Origin: Camelus ferus
Lineage: Eukaryota
Length of the DNA stretch: 64,000 nucleotides
NCBI RefSeq assembly: GCF_009834535.1
Contig: NC_045696.1
Span: 65,474,001 to 65,538,000 of the forward strand
Direction of reading: 5' to 3'
Positions 52,251 through 64,000 of this stretch are shown piece by piece. The notes beneath the pieces are model-generated. The model did no database searches, was not told where the DNA came from, and was given only the letters and a program-made list of their open reading frames with translations. Positions within the stretch are counted from its first letter, which is position 1. Each line of letters starts with the position of its first letter. The position numbers and the translations under genes were made by a program.

Positions 52251-53269
52251 TTAATTGCATTTTGGTTCCATTCTCTGTGAAATGGGGTATATAGTTCTAT
52301 TTGAAAGATGAATGGTTCACATGCAACAAATATTTTTCAAAAAACATAAATTTCTGTTCAAATTTGAAGGCAAAAGAACTCGGCTTAAGCTAGATAGAAC
52401 TATTTGCCTTTTCTTGCTCTGTATGTTATGTAATTTGTAACTTCTCATGTCCAAATGACTTATATGGGTGAAATGATCCTCTCTTCCATTTCATGTGTTA
52501 AAATTCTTCCCATCCCGTAAGGATCAGCAAACAAAATACCAACCCACCCTAAAACCATGCCTGATCTCACCCAATTAATCATGTCTCCTTCCTCTAACCT
52601 TCCAACAAAGCACTTCTTGTATTTCTTATGCAGTTTTTCCATTCACGTCATTATTTCTCCCATAGACTGTGGGCTGCCTAACAATGGTAACTGCAATTTA
52701 TTTATCATTTTATCCTTAGCAGTACTTCAAGCAATACCTATACATAGTAGGATGTCTATAAACATCTAGCAAGCTGAATTAAAATATAGTACTCAATAAT
52801 TACATTAGCAAGTAAGAAAACCTTTACAAATGTCCATATTTATACCAGGAAAATTAAAATGTTATGTAAATTGTGATTTTTTCTTAAGTGATAACCCAAA
52901 TTGGTGCTACCATCATTAAAAAGAGAAAAATCTCTCCCTGGAGCATATTTTAGGACTTTGGTTAACATGCAATTGAATTTCATGGTATAAGTAATGACGT
53001 TATTTCCCATTCCAAAGTCCAGACACATGGCCCCTTTGGCTCAACACAATTCACAGCTAGCAAAAACTGCTTAGTTCTGGATTTCACACCTGGTCTCCTG
53101 GGACTGGATAGAGGGGCGGTAAATAGTTCTGAGACAAATCATATAGATGCCTGAGAACCATCTGTGCACAGTGGTGTAAATGACACACTAAAGCATTTCA
53201 TCTGTCATCCCCAGAGTTAACCTCCTACCTAGGGGACAAAGACAAAACAGAGGCAGTTTTGTTCTGCTG

Positions 53270-53460
53270 GGCTGGCAGAAGCTTTGCCTTCCCATCTGAC
53301 TGAAAGCAAATGCGGGCAAATAAAGCCTGTCCCATTATCAAGTGCTTGTTGCCGCTGCAGCGGTGTGATTCCTTAAGGCTGCCCTTTTAAGCTGTTACCC
53401 GGAGATCCATCTGGGATTGTTTACACAGCACAAATCTTATTTGTTTACTTCTGGGAATCA
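53270..53460. promoter_or_regulatory. Candidate enhancer (2 forkhead sites plus STAT site)
   Basis: TGTTTAC at 53418 and 53442, TTCTGGGAA at 53449-53457, in unique sequence with retained CpGs. Confidence 0.35.
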
Positions 53461-53854
53461 TTTCTTGTCCTCTACCTAGTCTAAATGCTGCTTTGTAGAT
53501 CTAAATAGTAAAAGGAGATTGCTTCAGTGGGTTAGAGGAAAGTCAAATACAGTTTGTATCCTTTCAAACTCCTCAAATGTTAAATTAGAGATGCTCTGAG
53601 GGACTGCATATCTCTATCTCCTTGCTTTGCAATTGTAGAAATAAAGCTTCTGTGCTACAATAATGGCAAAAGTTCAAAACAATGTGGAATGCGTAGTCTG
53701 GCTCTCCCATTCACCAGCTGGTGATTGGTGGCTTTACGTCTACAGATCCCGGTTTTGCTAACTGTTAAACAAGCAGATTGTTGTAAGATTCAAAGCCCCT
53801 TCTAGCTCTAATTCCATAAGTGGAATCATCTATGATGGTTTCAAGATTATACAA

Positions 53855-54202
53855 GTTATTGGCAGAATTCATTTCCTTGAGATTTCAGAGCTAGTTGCTA
53901 GCTGCTGGCTAGGGACAGCCTGCAGCTCCTATAGGCTGCCCCTCTCTGTCGACAGTTCACAACATGTGTATTTGCATCCTTTCAGGCCAGCCAGATTGAG
54001 ATCCTTCAACTTCTTCTCTACTACAGGCTAGAGAAAACTTTGCGGGGCTCATGTGATTAGGTCAGGCCCACTGAGATAAGATCCACTGTGCCCTCTAATC
54101 TAATCTAATCTAATCACGGGAGTAAATTCATGATTTTCATGTTCTGGGCATGTATACTGGAGTAGGAGAATTCTGGGGGACCTCTTACAATCCAGACTAC
54201 CA
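53855..54202 (-). mobile_element. MLT1 (MaLR) LTR, MLT1E-like
   Basis: ttggcagaattcatttccttg...gggctcatgtgattaggtcaggcccac...ctaccac. Confidence 0.8.
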
Positions 54203-54389
54203 CGTGCAGGAGTCAAGCGTTTGGTTATTACTTGCTTTTAAATCCAGAACGCAACCTTCATCATAGCTCATCTACTGCTAACCACTTTGCATACCTGTCT
54301 CTGATGCACTGAGATAGTTATGTAGTTTTTATTACTCTGGCTATGTTTTATTTGCTTTCTTCTCTCTGTCTTTATTATATTTTCTCATC

Positions 54390-54447
54390 TGTATCTATCT
54401 ATCTATCTTTCCATCTATCTGTCCGTCTATGTATCTATCTATCTATC
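54390..54447. repeat. Imperfect (TCTA)n microsatellite
   Basis: Seen directly. Confidence 0.9.
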
Positions 54448-54449
54448 TG

Positions 54450-55550
54450 GTATAAACAATGTTATTGCTAAAGTTTGGAACTAAGGAGGTTTTAATTATA
54501 AATTACTATACTCTTTGATCCAAAGACTCAATTTCTTACAATCCAGAAATTATTTCAAAGATATTTTTATGATTTTCTTTATTAAGTTTTGGTTACTTTG
54601 TTACCAAAGTTATTGATAAAGATTTTCTTTGTTTTACTCCATTTAGTTTTTATTTTGACAATTACATTTGTCACTCCTAGAATTTCTACTGGGTTTGTTC
54701 ACAAATTTATTTAAGCCTATTCTCTCTTCGAAATTTTGTTCTTGATTAATGGATTATCTTCCTTCTTTTTTAATATTTCAACATTTAAACATACTTAATT
54801 AAAGTTCCTGTCCGATCAGTCCATATTCTCTGATCCATTTGGTATCAGTTTACCTGTTATATTCACTGGCTGTTTCTCACGGCTGTGTGTGGTCTCCTGT
54901 GTGCTGAAATGCCTGCCTGTAATATTATTTTTAGTGGTCATTCTCTTCTGCCTGTGGGGTGGTTTTACAGTTGTGTTCACCTATCCTCACTGGGTTCACT
55001 GGTTCCATTTTTTAAGTTTTCAGTTTTTGCTCTTCTCTGCTGTTCTTAGCATTGAAAGGCTAGTGGAATCCCTGTCCTATATTTTCATTCAGTACAAGCT
55101 TGAGGTTCCAAATGTCCTTCATTTAATTAATACCCCTCAAAATAATCATTCGTGTATGCAAAGACAGGGCAGGTATTTGTATCCTTAGCCTGTTTGGCTA
55201 AGTTTTACTAGTACTGGTAAAAAAAAAATAATAAAATAAAATAAAATAATAATAATAATAAAATAATTAAAAAATAATAATAGGCATATTTTATAGATTC
55301 CTCATTTACGAAGGGAGCCCAGTTTGAGACTCCCTAGTCAGCATGATTCTGGCTTGTGTGGACTTTAAAATGCTCAAAGCCCTGACAGCTGTGATCTTAT
55401 CTGCTATGTAAAATGAGGTTACTACTCCCATTCACTTTAGAGCTATGTATACAATCTTCATTTTGACACTTGAAAATTCCCCTTTCTTGCTTGGCTCACA
55501 ATGTCATTTTGAACAGAAGCACAGTATTTTCTTTTTTATTGCTTCTAAGT
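54450..55550 (-). mobile_element. Very old L1ME/HAL1-like fragment
   Basis: T-rich sequence with actcctagaatttctactgggtt and aacatttaaacatacttaattaaag motifs. Confidence 0.45.
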
Positions 55551-58513
55551 ATATGGAGATGGGAAAGAGGTGAATAAGGAAAAGATAACCTAATAGTACC
55601 ATTTAAAGTTGTCTAATAGTGAAACAGCTCTAGAAAAGTGGTGAGTTCCACTATACTGTATGTGATAAATCATAGGAGAGACGGCTATCTACCGAACATG
55701 CCTTAATCAATTTTTCTGTGAGAACTCAGGCGAGGTTACTTGAATTCTTAAGTCTAATGATCTAGAAGTATAGATGTTCCATTAAGACATTTTAAAAAGC
55801 TATAGCAGGTGTCCTCAGAGCCTCAGCTCTCCCACATAAAATCTTAATGACGTTGGACAAGTCAGTTTCCTTCTAAGAGTCGTAGTTTCATCATCTGTAA
55901 AATAAGATATGGATAAAATGATCTGTAAGCTTTGAAATTCCCATGATCCTATGACTATCACTTGCCTTCAGATTGCTTTACGTAAGGAAAATTTTTGACA
56001 GAAGTTTGACTCAAACTGCTGACTGAAACCCTTTTATGACTCTTCACGCCCATAAAGTACATTAAAATGCTGGGAGAAATGGCTTTCTCTGACCATAGGA
56101 TTATATGTGACACTCATTTAGTGCTAATATAAATTCAGAAACTCCACATAGCTCCTCAGTTTGAAAGTTTAGACTGCCATTAAACTGTTGGGCAGAAAAG
56201 CAGACACTTCCCTGATCCTAATGATCAGCTTAGATTGGCAAGCATATAAGCTGGTAGCTTAAAGGAGGATGCTGTTATCAGCAAACCACTAAAGCACACC
56301 CCTTATCACAGTGAATTCTAGTGATCTGTTTTCTTCTCCATCCTCTCACCTAAACTGCAAGATGCTTGAGGACAGTTGTTATTTACACACCAATAAATCC
56401 TTAGTGCTTGATAGAATAAAAATAATAGCTATGCGGCATGATGCTGATCTGCTTAGATGAATTATATTTTTTAGGTGTGATCTTCAATATTACCAGGATT
56501 ATCTGATAATCACCTTTTGAGAGAGGGACAAATGTTATCCCAATTTGACAGATGAGAATATTCTAAAAAAGAGAGACTGGATCATTTATTCAAGCAATTT
56601 AGGTGGCAGAGGCAAGGTTCTTCTTTTATTTTGCTTGACTCCAAAGCCCGAGCACTTAGTAACCATATAGCACTGTCTTTAATGGTCACTAGCATATATC
56701 TATTTATACTTCTTAACCTGTTAAATGACCATCATTAAGCTGAAAATGGGGATAGGTTTAATTAGAATTGCATTCAATGTAATGGAAAAAATATTTTGAG
56801 CATCTTCCAGGAGCCAGGAACTCTGCTAGACAATTAGGAAAGTATAGAGAAAAGTAGAAGACAGTTTCTGCGTATAAAGTTCAAGGTCAAGAAGAATGGC
56901 TAAAGCTGAACATAAATGACTTCAATACATGTCAGAAAGATTAAGGGTACAGAAAGCACCAAGTGCTTTAGAGGTTCAAATGAAAGTGGATTGGATCCCA
57001 ATCAGAAAAGACTTTAAAAGGAGATGACAATTGAGAAAAGTCTTGAAGTTTTGATAAGAGGATGATATTTTAGTAAGAATAAATATTATGGGGGTGAAGA
57101 ATGAAAATGGCATAAATCATAGTCAGGAGAAGTGGATGAGTAATAGTTTGGCTCAAACACATGACGTCTGTACAAAAGTAAGTGGACAGTAATCCTTTAG
57201 AAAGGTATCTAATGACCCCAGTTTTCATTTTTCTCCTCTTTACCCAACTCAAAGCTTTACTGGTGACATTGCTATTTATGCAGGACTGTGTCAGCTGAAG
57301 AAGTTGTATTCTAGTTGTAGCATCTCCAGGATTGTGATGTGGTTTTGCTGACCAAGAATGTATTATATGTTGTAATCATTGACAAAGAATGTTGTCAAGA
57401 AATTATATTGTTTTTTGAAAGACTCCCTTTCCTGCAGATTTAGCAAGGGAAAAAAATTTAATTCTACTACTACTAATTGTAGTAGTCTATTAGCTCTAAG
57501 ACTTACAGAATTATAGCATAGAGTCCATAAGAAATCACAGGCATTCAAGATTGAAAAGTGCTTTGATGTCCTCTAGTCAGTTTATTTCCCCATCTTCCAG
57601 GACTTTTTCTGTATCTAAACTAAATTCTGCCCCATCTTTTCTTATAGTTTCCTGGAGGAAAAAAGTCTCTAAGGCATTTCTAGGTCATATGTTCATTCAT
57701 TTGCAAGTATGGAAATGGTCCTATTGCCCTGATTTAGTGTCATGTATTAATATTTCTCTTTACCAAGAATTGTCAAATAACACCAAGGGTGTCAAAAAGG
57801 ATGGACTGGAACCTGTGATTCTGTGACAAATAGAGCATGTTACTTAGAATGGCAGAAGATGTGAAAGGTAAATAAGAACTTGAGACCTGTATCTCAAGAA
57901 CTTTTCTTCTCTTTGTTAGTGATAGGGCCAAATTACTCAATTTATCAGTGCCTGAATTTCCCAGTCCCCAAAATAGAAAGACTACTTCCATATTATAAAA
58001 TTCTGTAAGATACTTCCATAACTTAAGGCAATAATAATAATGAAAATTATATGGCAATAAAATATAACTTCTACACATAAAATTCCACTATTTATGTCAA
58101 TCACATTTATAAGTTTAGTCTTCACTCTTATTAGCTTCTTTTCATTATCCAAGTAGGATATAAGTTCCATGAGGGGGAATCCATACCTCACAGAAGTTTG
58201 TTTCTTCCCAGCTTCCAACATAAGCTCTGGGCCCCTCCAAAAACATTTCAATAAATGGAATTTTTGCATTTTTGTCTTGCCAGAATTGCCATTTAGAAAT
58301 CTTTTATTAAATTTGTGGTTCCTTTATTTGATTTTCCTTTTTTATTATGTAACTCACTATGATTGTAACTCACTTGGCTATAAGAATTATAATTTAATTA
58401 GAGAATAAATGTCAGTCTTTTTGTCTACTTGCAAATAATTTTTTTAAAAGATTTTATCCCCAAGATTATTTAGAAATTCACTGGAAGCTAAAGTGAAAAG
58501 AATTGCATTAGGA

Positions 58514-58516
<3 letters not shown>

Positions 58517-58557
<41 letters not shown>

Positions 58558-58559
58558 AC
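58517..58559. repeat. (CA)n microsatellite
   Basis: Seen directly. Confidence 0.97.
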
Positions 58560-59714
58560 AAAAGCAATTTATTTCTTAGAATTAAATAATATCTCCCTGA
58601 AAACAGATTGTATAATAAACCAGTGAAAGGTAATGTGTGAAATATCACAAACACAGCAAAGAAAATTGATTTGTAATGTTTAAGCCACATGCATTTTCTA
58701 GGACGCCGAAGGATTCTGGCACTTCCTTCCCCCATTTCACTTACTTAAGAGATTTTGCACATTCCCATTAAATTATTTTCTAAAATACAAAAAGAAAATT
58801 AAAGAACACAATAAATTCTCTTTGTTTGTTTGCCCTAAAACTTTCTCCTTAGTGACACAATGTCACTGAATGCAAATAATGAGCCCTTGCTTTGCACTCA
58901 GACACTCAAGTCAGATCCCAGAAATGCCCACTCACTGCATAGCTAGGCACTGATGCTATCCCGAGCTTCTTTGACTCTTATTAACAGTTCCCTTTTTGAG
59001 CTAAGTCAGAAGAGTGAGCCCTAGGTGTTCAAAGCTGCTTGTTGTGTTACCAGAAAAGGTGGTCTATTTTTTAAAGGCCTCCTTTTGGATTTACCCTCAC
59101 TACTGTCATGTTATTGGTAATGATGGAATCACTGCTTACATAATGGAAAGCTACATTCATCAGGAAGTCTGAGGAAACTTTATGACTGTAAATACAAGAC
59201 ACATGAATTCAGGGAGTGTCACCAGCTCTGATGTATCAACTTCCACCTGCCTCTGAGTAATGGCTGGAGGTAAGCCAGATGCATAGGAAGCTTCCATCTG
59301 CCTATAGGTAAGCACTTCATTTAAGAAAGCCCATTTCAGTCTATATATTGTCAGCAGGCCAAAGGGGCAAGATGCACCTTAGTGTTATTTTCATGTAACA
59401 GGAAGTAAGTCTTCAAATGGCAGCCCTTTATTTTACAGGGCCCAAAATATTCTCAGGCAACCCCACCCCTGGACGTATAGTAACATTCAAAGAAAGAGAC
59501 TTTAGACACTGAATTACAGAGCAGCTGAAATGCATAGCAGGACATTTTCAAGCAATTTGATTTGCTGTTGAACAACCACAATGCAGCTCACTATTATTAA
59601 CAGTGATTATCTCTGGGTGATAGGACTGAGGATAAACTTTATTTTGTGCTTTGTATTTTTTTTTTATTTTTTTAAAGTTTCTCCAGGGAAAAAAGACAAA
59701 GATGAAACAGCTTT

Positions 59715-59990
59715 TTTGAGAGACAGCAGGGTGTAGTCGGGAGGAGCACAGGCAGTGGAGCCAGACCACATGGCTCCAATCCTAGTTTAAGCTCTTACCA
59801 ACTGTGTGACCTTAACCAAGGGCCTTATCCTCTGTGGCACGAGTTTCCTCATTTGCAAAGTAGGAATGACAATAATAATAGTAACTACTGGTAGATTGTA
59901 GTGAGGATTCAATAAACTGAAATAGAAAAAGCAATGAAAATAATGCTGGCATAAAGTAAGTACTTTATAATAGATTATGATTATTTTTAA
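59715..59990 (+). mobile_element. MIR SINE
   Basis: tggagccagaccac...cttaccaactgtgtgacctt...agtttcctcatttgcaaagtagg...gtgaggattcaat. Confidence 0.88.
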
Positions 59991-62939
59991 AAGACACATC
60001 GTCCACACTGACCCTACTTATCCACTGCATGGCTTGGTAATGTCTTTCATCTATATGGTGATCTTTAGCCCCTGTATCCAAAACAAATCTCTCCAATTTT
60101 GGTAACAGATCAGATCACATCTTTAATCCTCATTATTGACTTTCCTATGTCTAAGAAAAGGGCAATGTGGGCCCAAGAGACACAGCATAGTAAGTAGAGG
60201 CTTGAAAGTACTTCAGGGGTATAAGGTAGCACAGATCAAAGAACATTAAAACAGGGATACGGACACCTCATTGTTAGTGCCAGTTATATTACTGAGTGTG
60301 TGGATGACCTCAGGCAAGTCACTGGATGTCTCTGGTCCTTTTTAGCTTCTTTATCTGCAGTATTGTCTATTCCACTTCTTTCCCAGTCATCATCTCTGCT
60401 CCTCTATCCATAAAATAAGGAGGAAAATACTGACCTGCTGAGTAAACACTAATAAAATATTTAAAATGACAGGATTTCCATGCAAGATATTTTAGAGCCC
60501 AGCACTATAATAGCTGATCCTCAAAACATTTCTATGATGGGAGTGATACCTCCTCCCTACCTTAGAAGTTAAATAACTGACTCATTGGAAGTTTAAATTT
60601 AGACATCATGTAACTCTCATCAAAGTCAAGCACAAAGGAGAGCAACTGAACATCTGCTAAGTGCATATGAAAGTGTGCTGCCTTTCCTTGATGAGGGAAT
60701 TTAAATGACTCATTGTCTTTGCCTAGTAGTCTACTACTATATATTCCTGTTCTTCATCATTCCTACTCTTTTCTAGGTAAGGGAAATGTCTAATAAATCA
60801 ACAAGAAGAGATTCCTGTACCAAGTTAGTTATCTTTAATGATTAAATATACACTAGCAAAAGAGGGACATTCAGATATGATCTTGCCCTTGAGGAACTCG
60901 GGAGTCCAGTAAGAGGGGTAGGTGAGTATTCCAAAGACCAAACTACAAAAGTCAAACATGACAAGTGTCATATGACATTCCAGGCTCCTGGAAGCCTGAA
61001 AGACTCTAATAAGATGAAGTGACTTTTGCTTCAATTTATATGAAATCAAAATGACTCTGGTTCATTGTTATCACTGTTCACTTTTGGAAGAGTACTTCTT
61101 AGTAGGTCTGTAGTGAAGCCACCATTTTTTTAAGTTTCTCATGAATCAAAAGACTGACACTTGTGTAAATAATACAAATGAATCCCCATAAAATAAAAGG
61201 AAAGAAAACAAAAAATATCAAAAAGAGATCATACAATGATCTGTGTTTCCAGACTTGGTGGCCATGCTGTAGAATGCCAGAGATTTAAGGAATCTTGAAA
61301 TCTTCCTTTCCAACCAACTCACTTCATACATAAGGACTCTAAGAATCAGAAATGTAAAGGGACTTTACCCAAGGTCACATAACCCAACTTGAAGAGAATA
61401 GGAACAAAAACTCAGGTGTCACACTTCTACATGAGGGATTTGAGGATTTCTATTATATCCCTTATGTATCTGCTTCTGTTCTGTATGCTGTCACTCTTCC
61501 CTTTAGAGAGCTTGATGCTATCTGAGTTTCCTATTATAAAAATTTTCTACTTTAGATAAAGTCAAATTCCTAACTTATTGACAAAACGCTCTTTTTTCCT
61601 GCAAGTTGCCTATCTTAACCTTCATTGTTGTCACCTAACTACTGTTGATTCATCTTCCTTTCTACTTAAAAATGACTTCTAAAGTGGAATAAAGGAGGGA
61701 AAAAAGGGGGAAAAAGATTATTTTAACACTGCAAATTACAGCCATCTCTTATCTATTACTCCTTAAATTATTCACGTAAGTCAATACCTACATCCACAGT
61801 AATTCTATGTATAGGAAAATAAAATTGCAAAGACATGACTGTATCCCCAGAAGAGAAGCCTAATCTTTGAACTATATTACTATTCTATCCTGATTCTTCG
61901 TTTGGTTTTCCTTTTGATATTCAAGTCTTAACATTAATTTAGAAAATAGATGAGCAGCAATCCTTCCATGCCATCAGACCAAGGCCATCTCATCACTGAA
62001 ACTAATATGGTCATCATCACCTGACAATTCCATTTGATCTAAAATGCAGAATGCTTATAATACTTATAATACTAAGGCAAATAGACTGGGGGATCTATTT
62101 TAATCTCAGAGATTCAACTGACTCTTGATGACTCTCTAGCCCCCTCATGAATGTAATATTCTTAAAATAATAACTCCAAATGAAATTATATCCCTTTAAT
62201 ATAAAAATTACATTGCTTTTTTCCTGTTACTTCAACTCATGTTTTAAAACTTACTAAATAATATATTCAACATGGAAGGACAATAGTAAAAAAATCCTTT
62301 GTTATTCTTCAATTCTTTAGATCAAGAATTCTCAAAATTTTTGAAGAAATACATCTATTTCTATAAATTATGGGCATGTCTATGAGGAAAGCAGGGAATA
62401 TCCCCTGCTATCAGTTTTGCTCCCCACTCCTCTGGGAATCTTGGAAGACCAGGAAAGAAGAAAGGAGAATCATAGCAGTAATAACATAGGAACTACGTCC
62501 CAGGTAAGTCTTATAGATCAAGCAATAGGGAACATTCCAAAAATTGTTTCTTTATTTTTAAAAAATTCTTGTATGGGTTAGAGAAATCAATACTTGACTG
62601 TAAGGCAGACACTGGGTCCCTAGTATGGAATTAGAACCCTAGTTAAGTTCCCAACACTTTTTATTTATGGTCACTAACTGCCATATCCAAGACAAAACCT
62701 CTCACTTAAATTTCAAGCTTTAGAAATCAACTGAGTAAATGTGTTGATTGTTCTTTCCTTTTCTAAACATTGGCCATCATATTTTTTTTCAGTTGTAGCA
62801 TATTTTTTAGCTACGGTTCAGCTCTTTATATTGCATCTTCAATTAACTTCAATTTAACCTACATTAACAATCTTTGAACTAACCAGGCAGAAATACACTG
62901 AACTATAGCCCCAGAAATAGGTGAAATGAAATCAATGTT

Positions 62940-63240
62940 ACTAAATTTGCATGTAGTGATTATAGATGGAAAAATTCCTTCGTTGCCATGACAATGCCAC
63001 GTGTGCCTTTGATTTTTTTCCACAGAATAACAAAACGTGCATTTAATAGAGATGTTTAATTGTCTTTTGCTCTGGGTTTTGCAAACCAACATAGCAACAT
63101 GCTTTTTGCTCAACATCACAGTATTGAAATTGCTCTGCCTCCTGCTGCCATTAACATATTTTGTATTCATGCTTTGTATAAATTCTGGAAAATGTTTTCA
63201 GTTTAGTTTCCCAACTATGCATTTAATTTATGTGTAATGA
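62940..63240. promoter_or_regulatory. Candidate enhancer (octamer, X-box, E-box, TCF/LEF cluster)
   Basis: ATTTGCAT 62945, GTTGCCATGACAAT 62982, CACGTG 62998, CCTTTGAT 63006, all within 70 bp of non-repetitive DNA. Confidence 0.45.
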
Positions 63241-64000
63241 GACAGGAGGATCTTAAGTAAGTGTGAACTAACTAACTTAAAATAGATGTATTGGTGTTTA
63301 TTAACCTAACAGTGGGTAACTTCAGTGACTGTCTCCTGCAGTTGTTGAAGCCTAATACCTAAAAAAATTCTCCAGTTGAAGTTTAAAGGCAAATTTAAGC
63401 ACAGACAGCTTAAGATGCTACAGGGACTGGCACTTTTCTATTATTAAAGTCTTGTGACAAACCCAGTTTATTCAAGCAATTCATGAAAAGGTCCTTAGAA
63501 GTCTATTAGTCCTTCTTCTACTAAATATAAAACTTCCTTTTACAGCCAAACCAGAAATGGTTATTATGCTTAGCCACTTTGATAAAATGTGAGTCTTCAC
63601 TCAATCAAGCCATAATTTGTTAGATGTAAATCTTACTATTAGTCTTAAATTGTGATACTCATGTGATAAAGCTCTAAGTATTATACAAAGCTCTCAGGTC
63701 TCTCATAAAACTATTTTTTATTAACACATCAGTCCCAGGGACTTGGATAATACTCATATAAAAAAGCATCTATCTAACCCAGTTGTCTCTACACATCAGT
63801 TTCTTCCTTAAGTTATGAACCTGGTGTCCATATATGGCAGGAGCAGACTATAATTCACTGATAACTTTGTACATTCCAGACCTTCCAACCCACATACTCT
63901 CTCCAAACTCTGACAGGGACTATGATGAAGAGTTTTGGCATTTTGGTAAACGTCCTACGAAACCATCAGCCTGAGTTTCATTAACTCTGATTTCTTTCAG

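Noticed and set aside
63985..64000. Window ends in acceptor-like tttctttcag
   Set aside because: Downstream sequence is not visible, so it cannot be evaluated

Overview
Mammalian (eutherian) genomic DNA, AT-rich, CpG-poor and very repeat-dense. It is most likely camelid: it carries a tRNA-Ala-like Vic-type SINE and cetartiodactyl-style L1 3' ends, and I saw no Alu, B1/B2, Bov-A/tA or PRE-1. I recognised no intact protein-coding gene, rRNA, genuine tRNA or CRISPR array, and almost all listed ORFs are L1/ERV debris or low-complexity artefacts. Bases 1-38 kb are a layered stack of L1s, solo LTRs, an ERVL remnant and L2/MIR. Bases 38-64 kb hold older repeats plus unique DNA with a few motif-dense candidate regulatory elements. 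The best structural observations are: (1) an internal inversion in an MLT2/ERVL LTR bounded by short inverted repeats; (2) an LTR segment that ends in poly(A) with a putative TSD, consistent with L1-retroposed ERV RNA; (3) a twin-primed inverted L1; (4) a young L1 nested in an older L1; (5) an inverted pair of L1 tails; (6) an RFX/GC-box promoter-like site with speculative nearby exons. I found no convincing novel biological system. Repeat family names come from memory of consensus sequences, and many boundaries are approximate.
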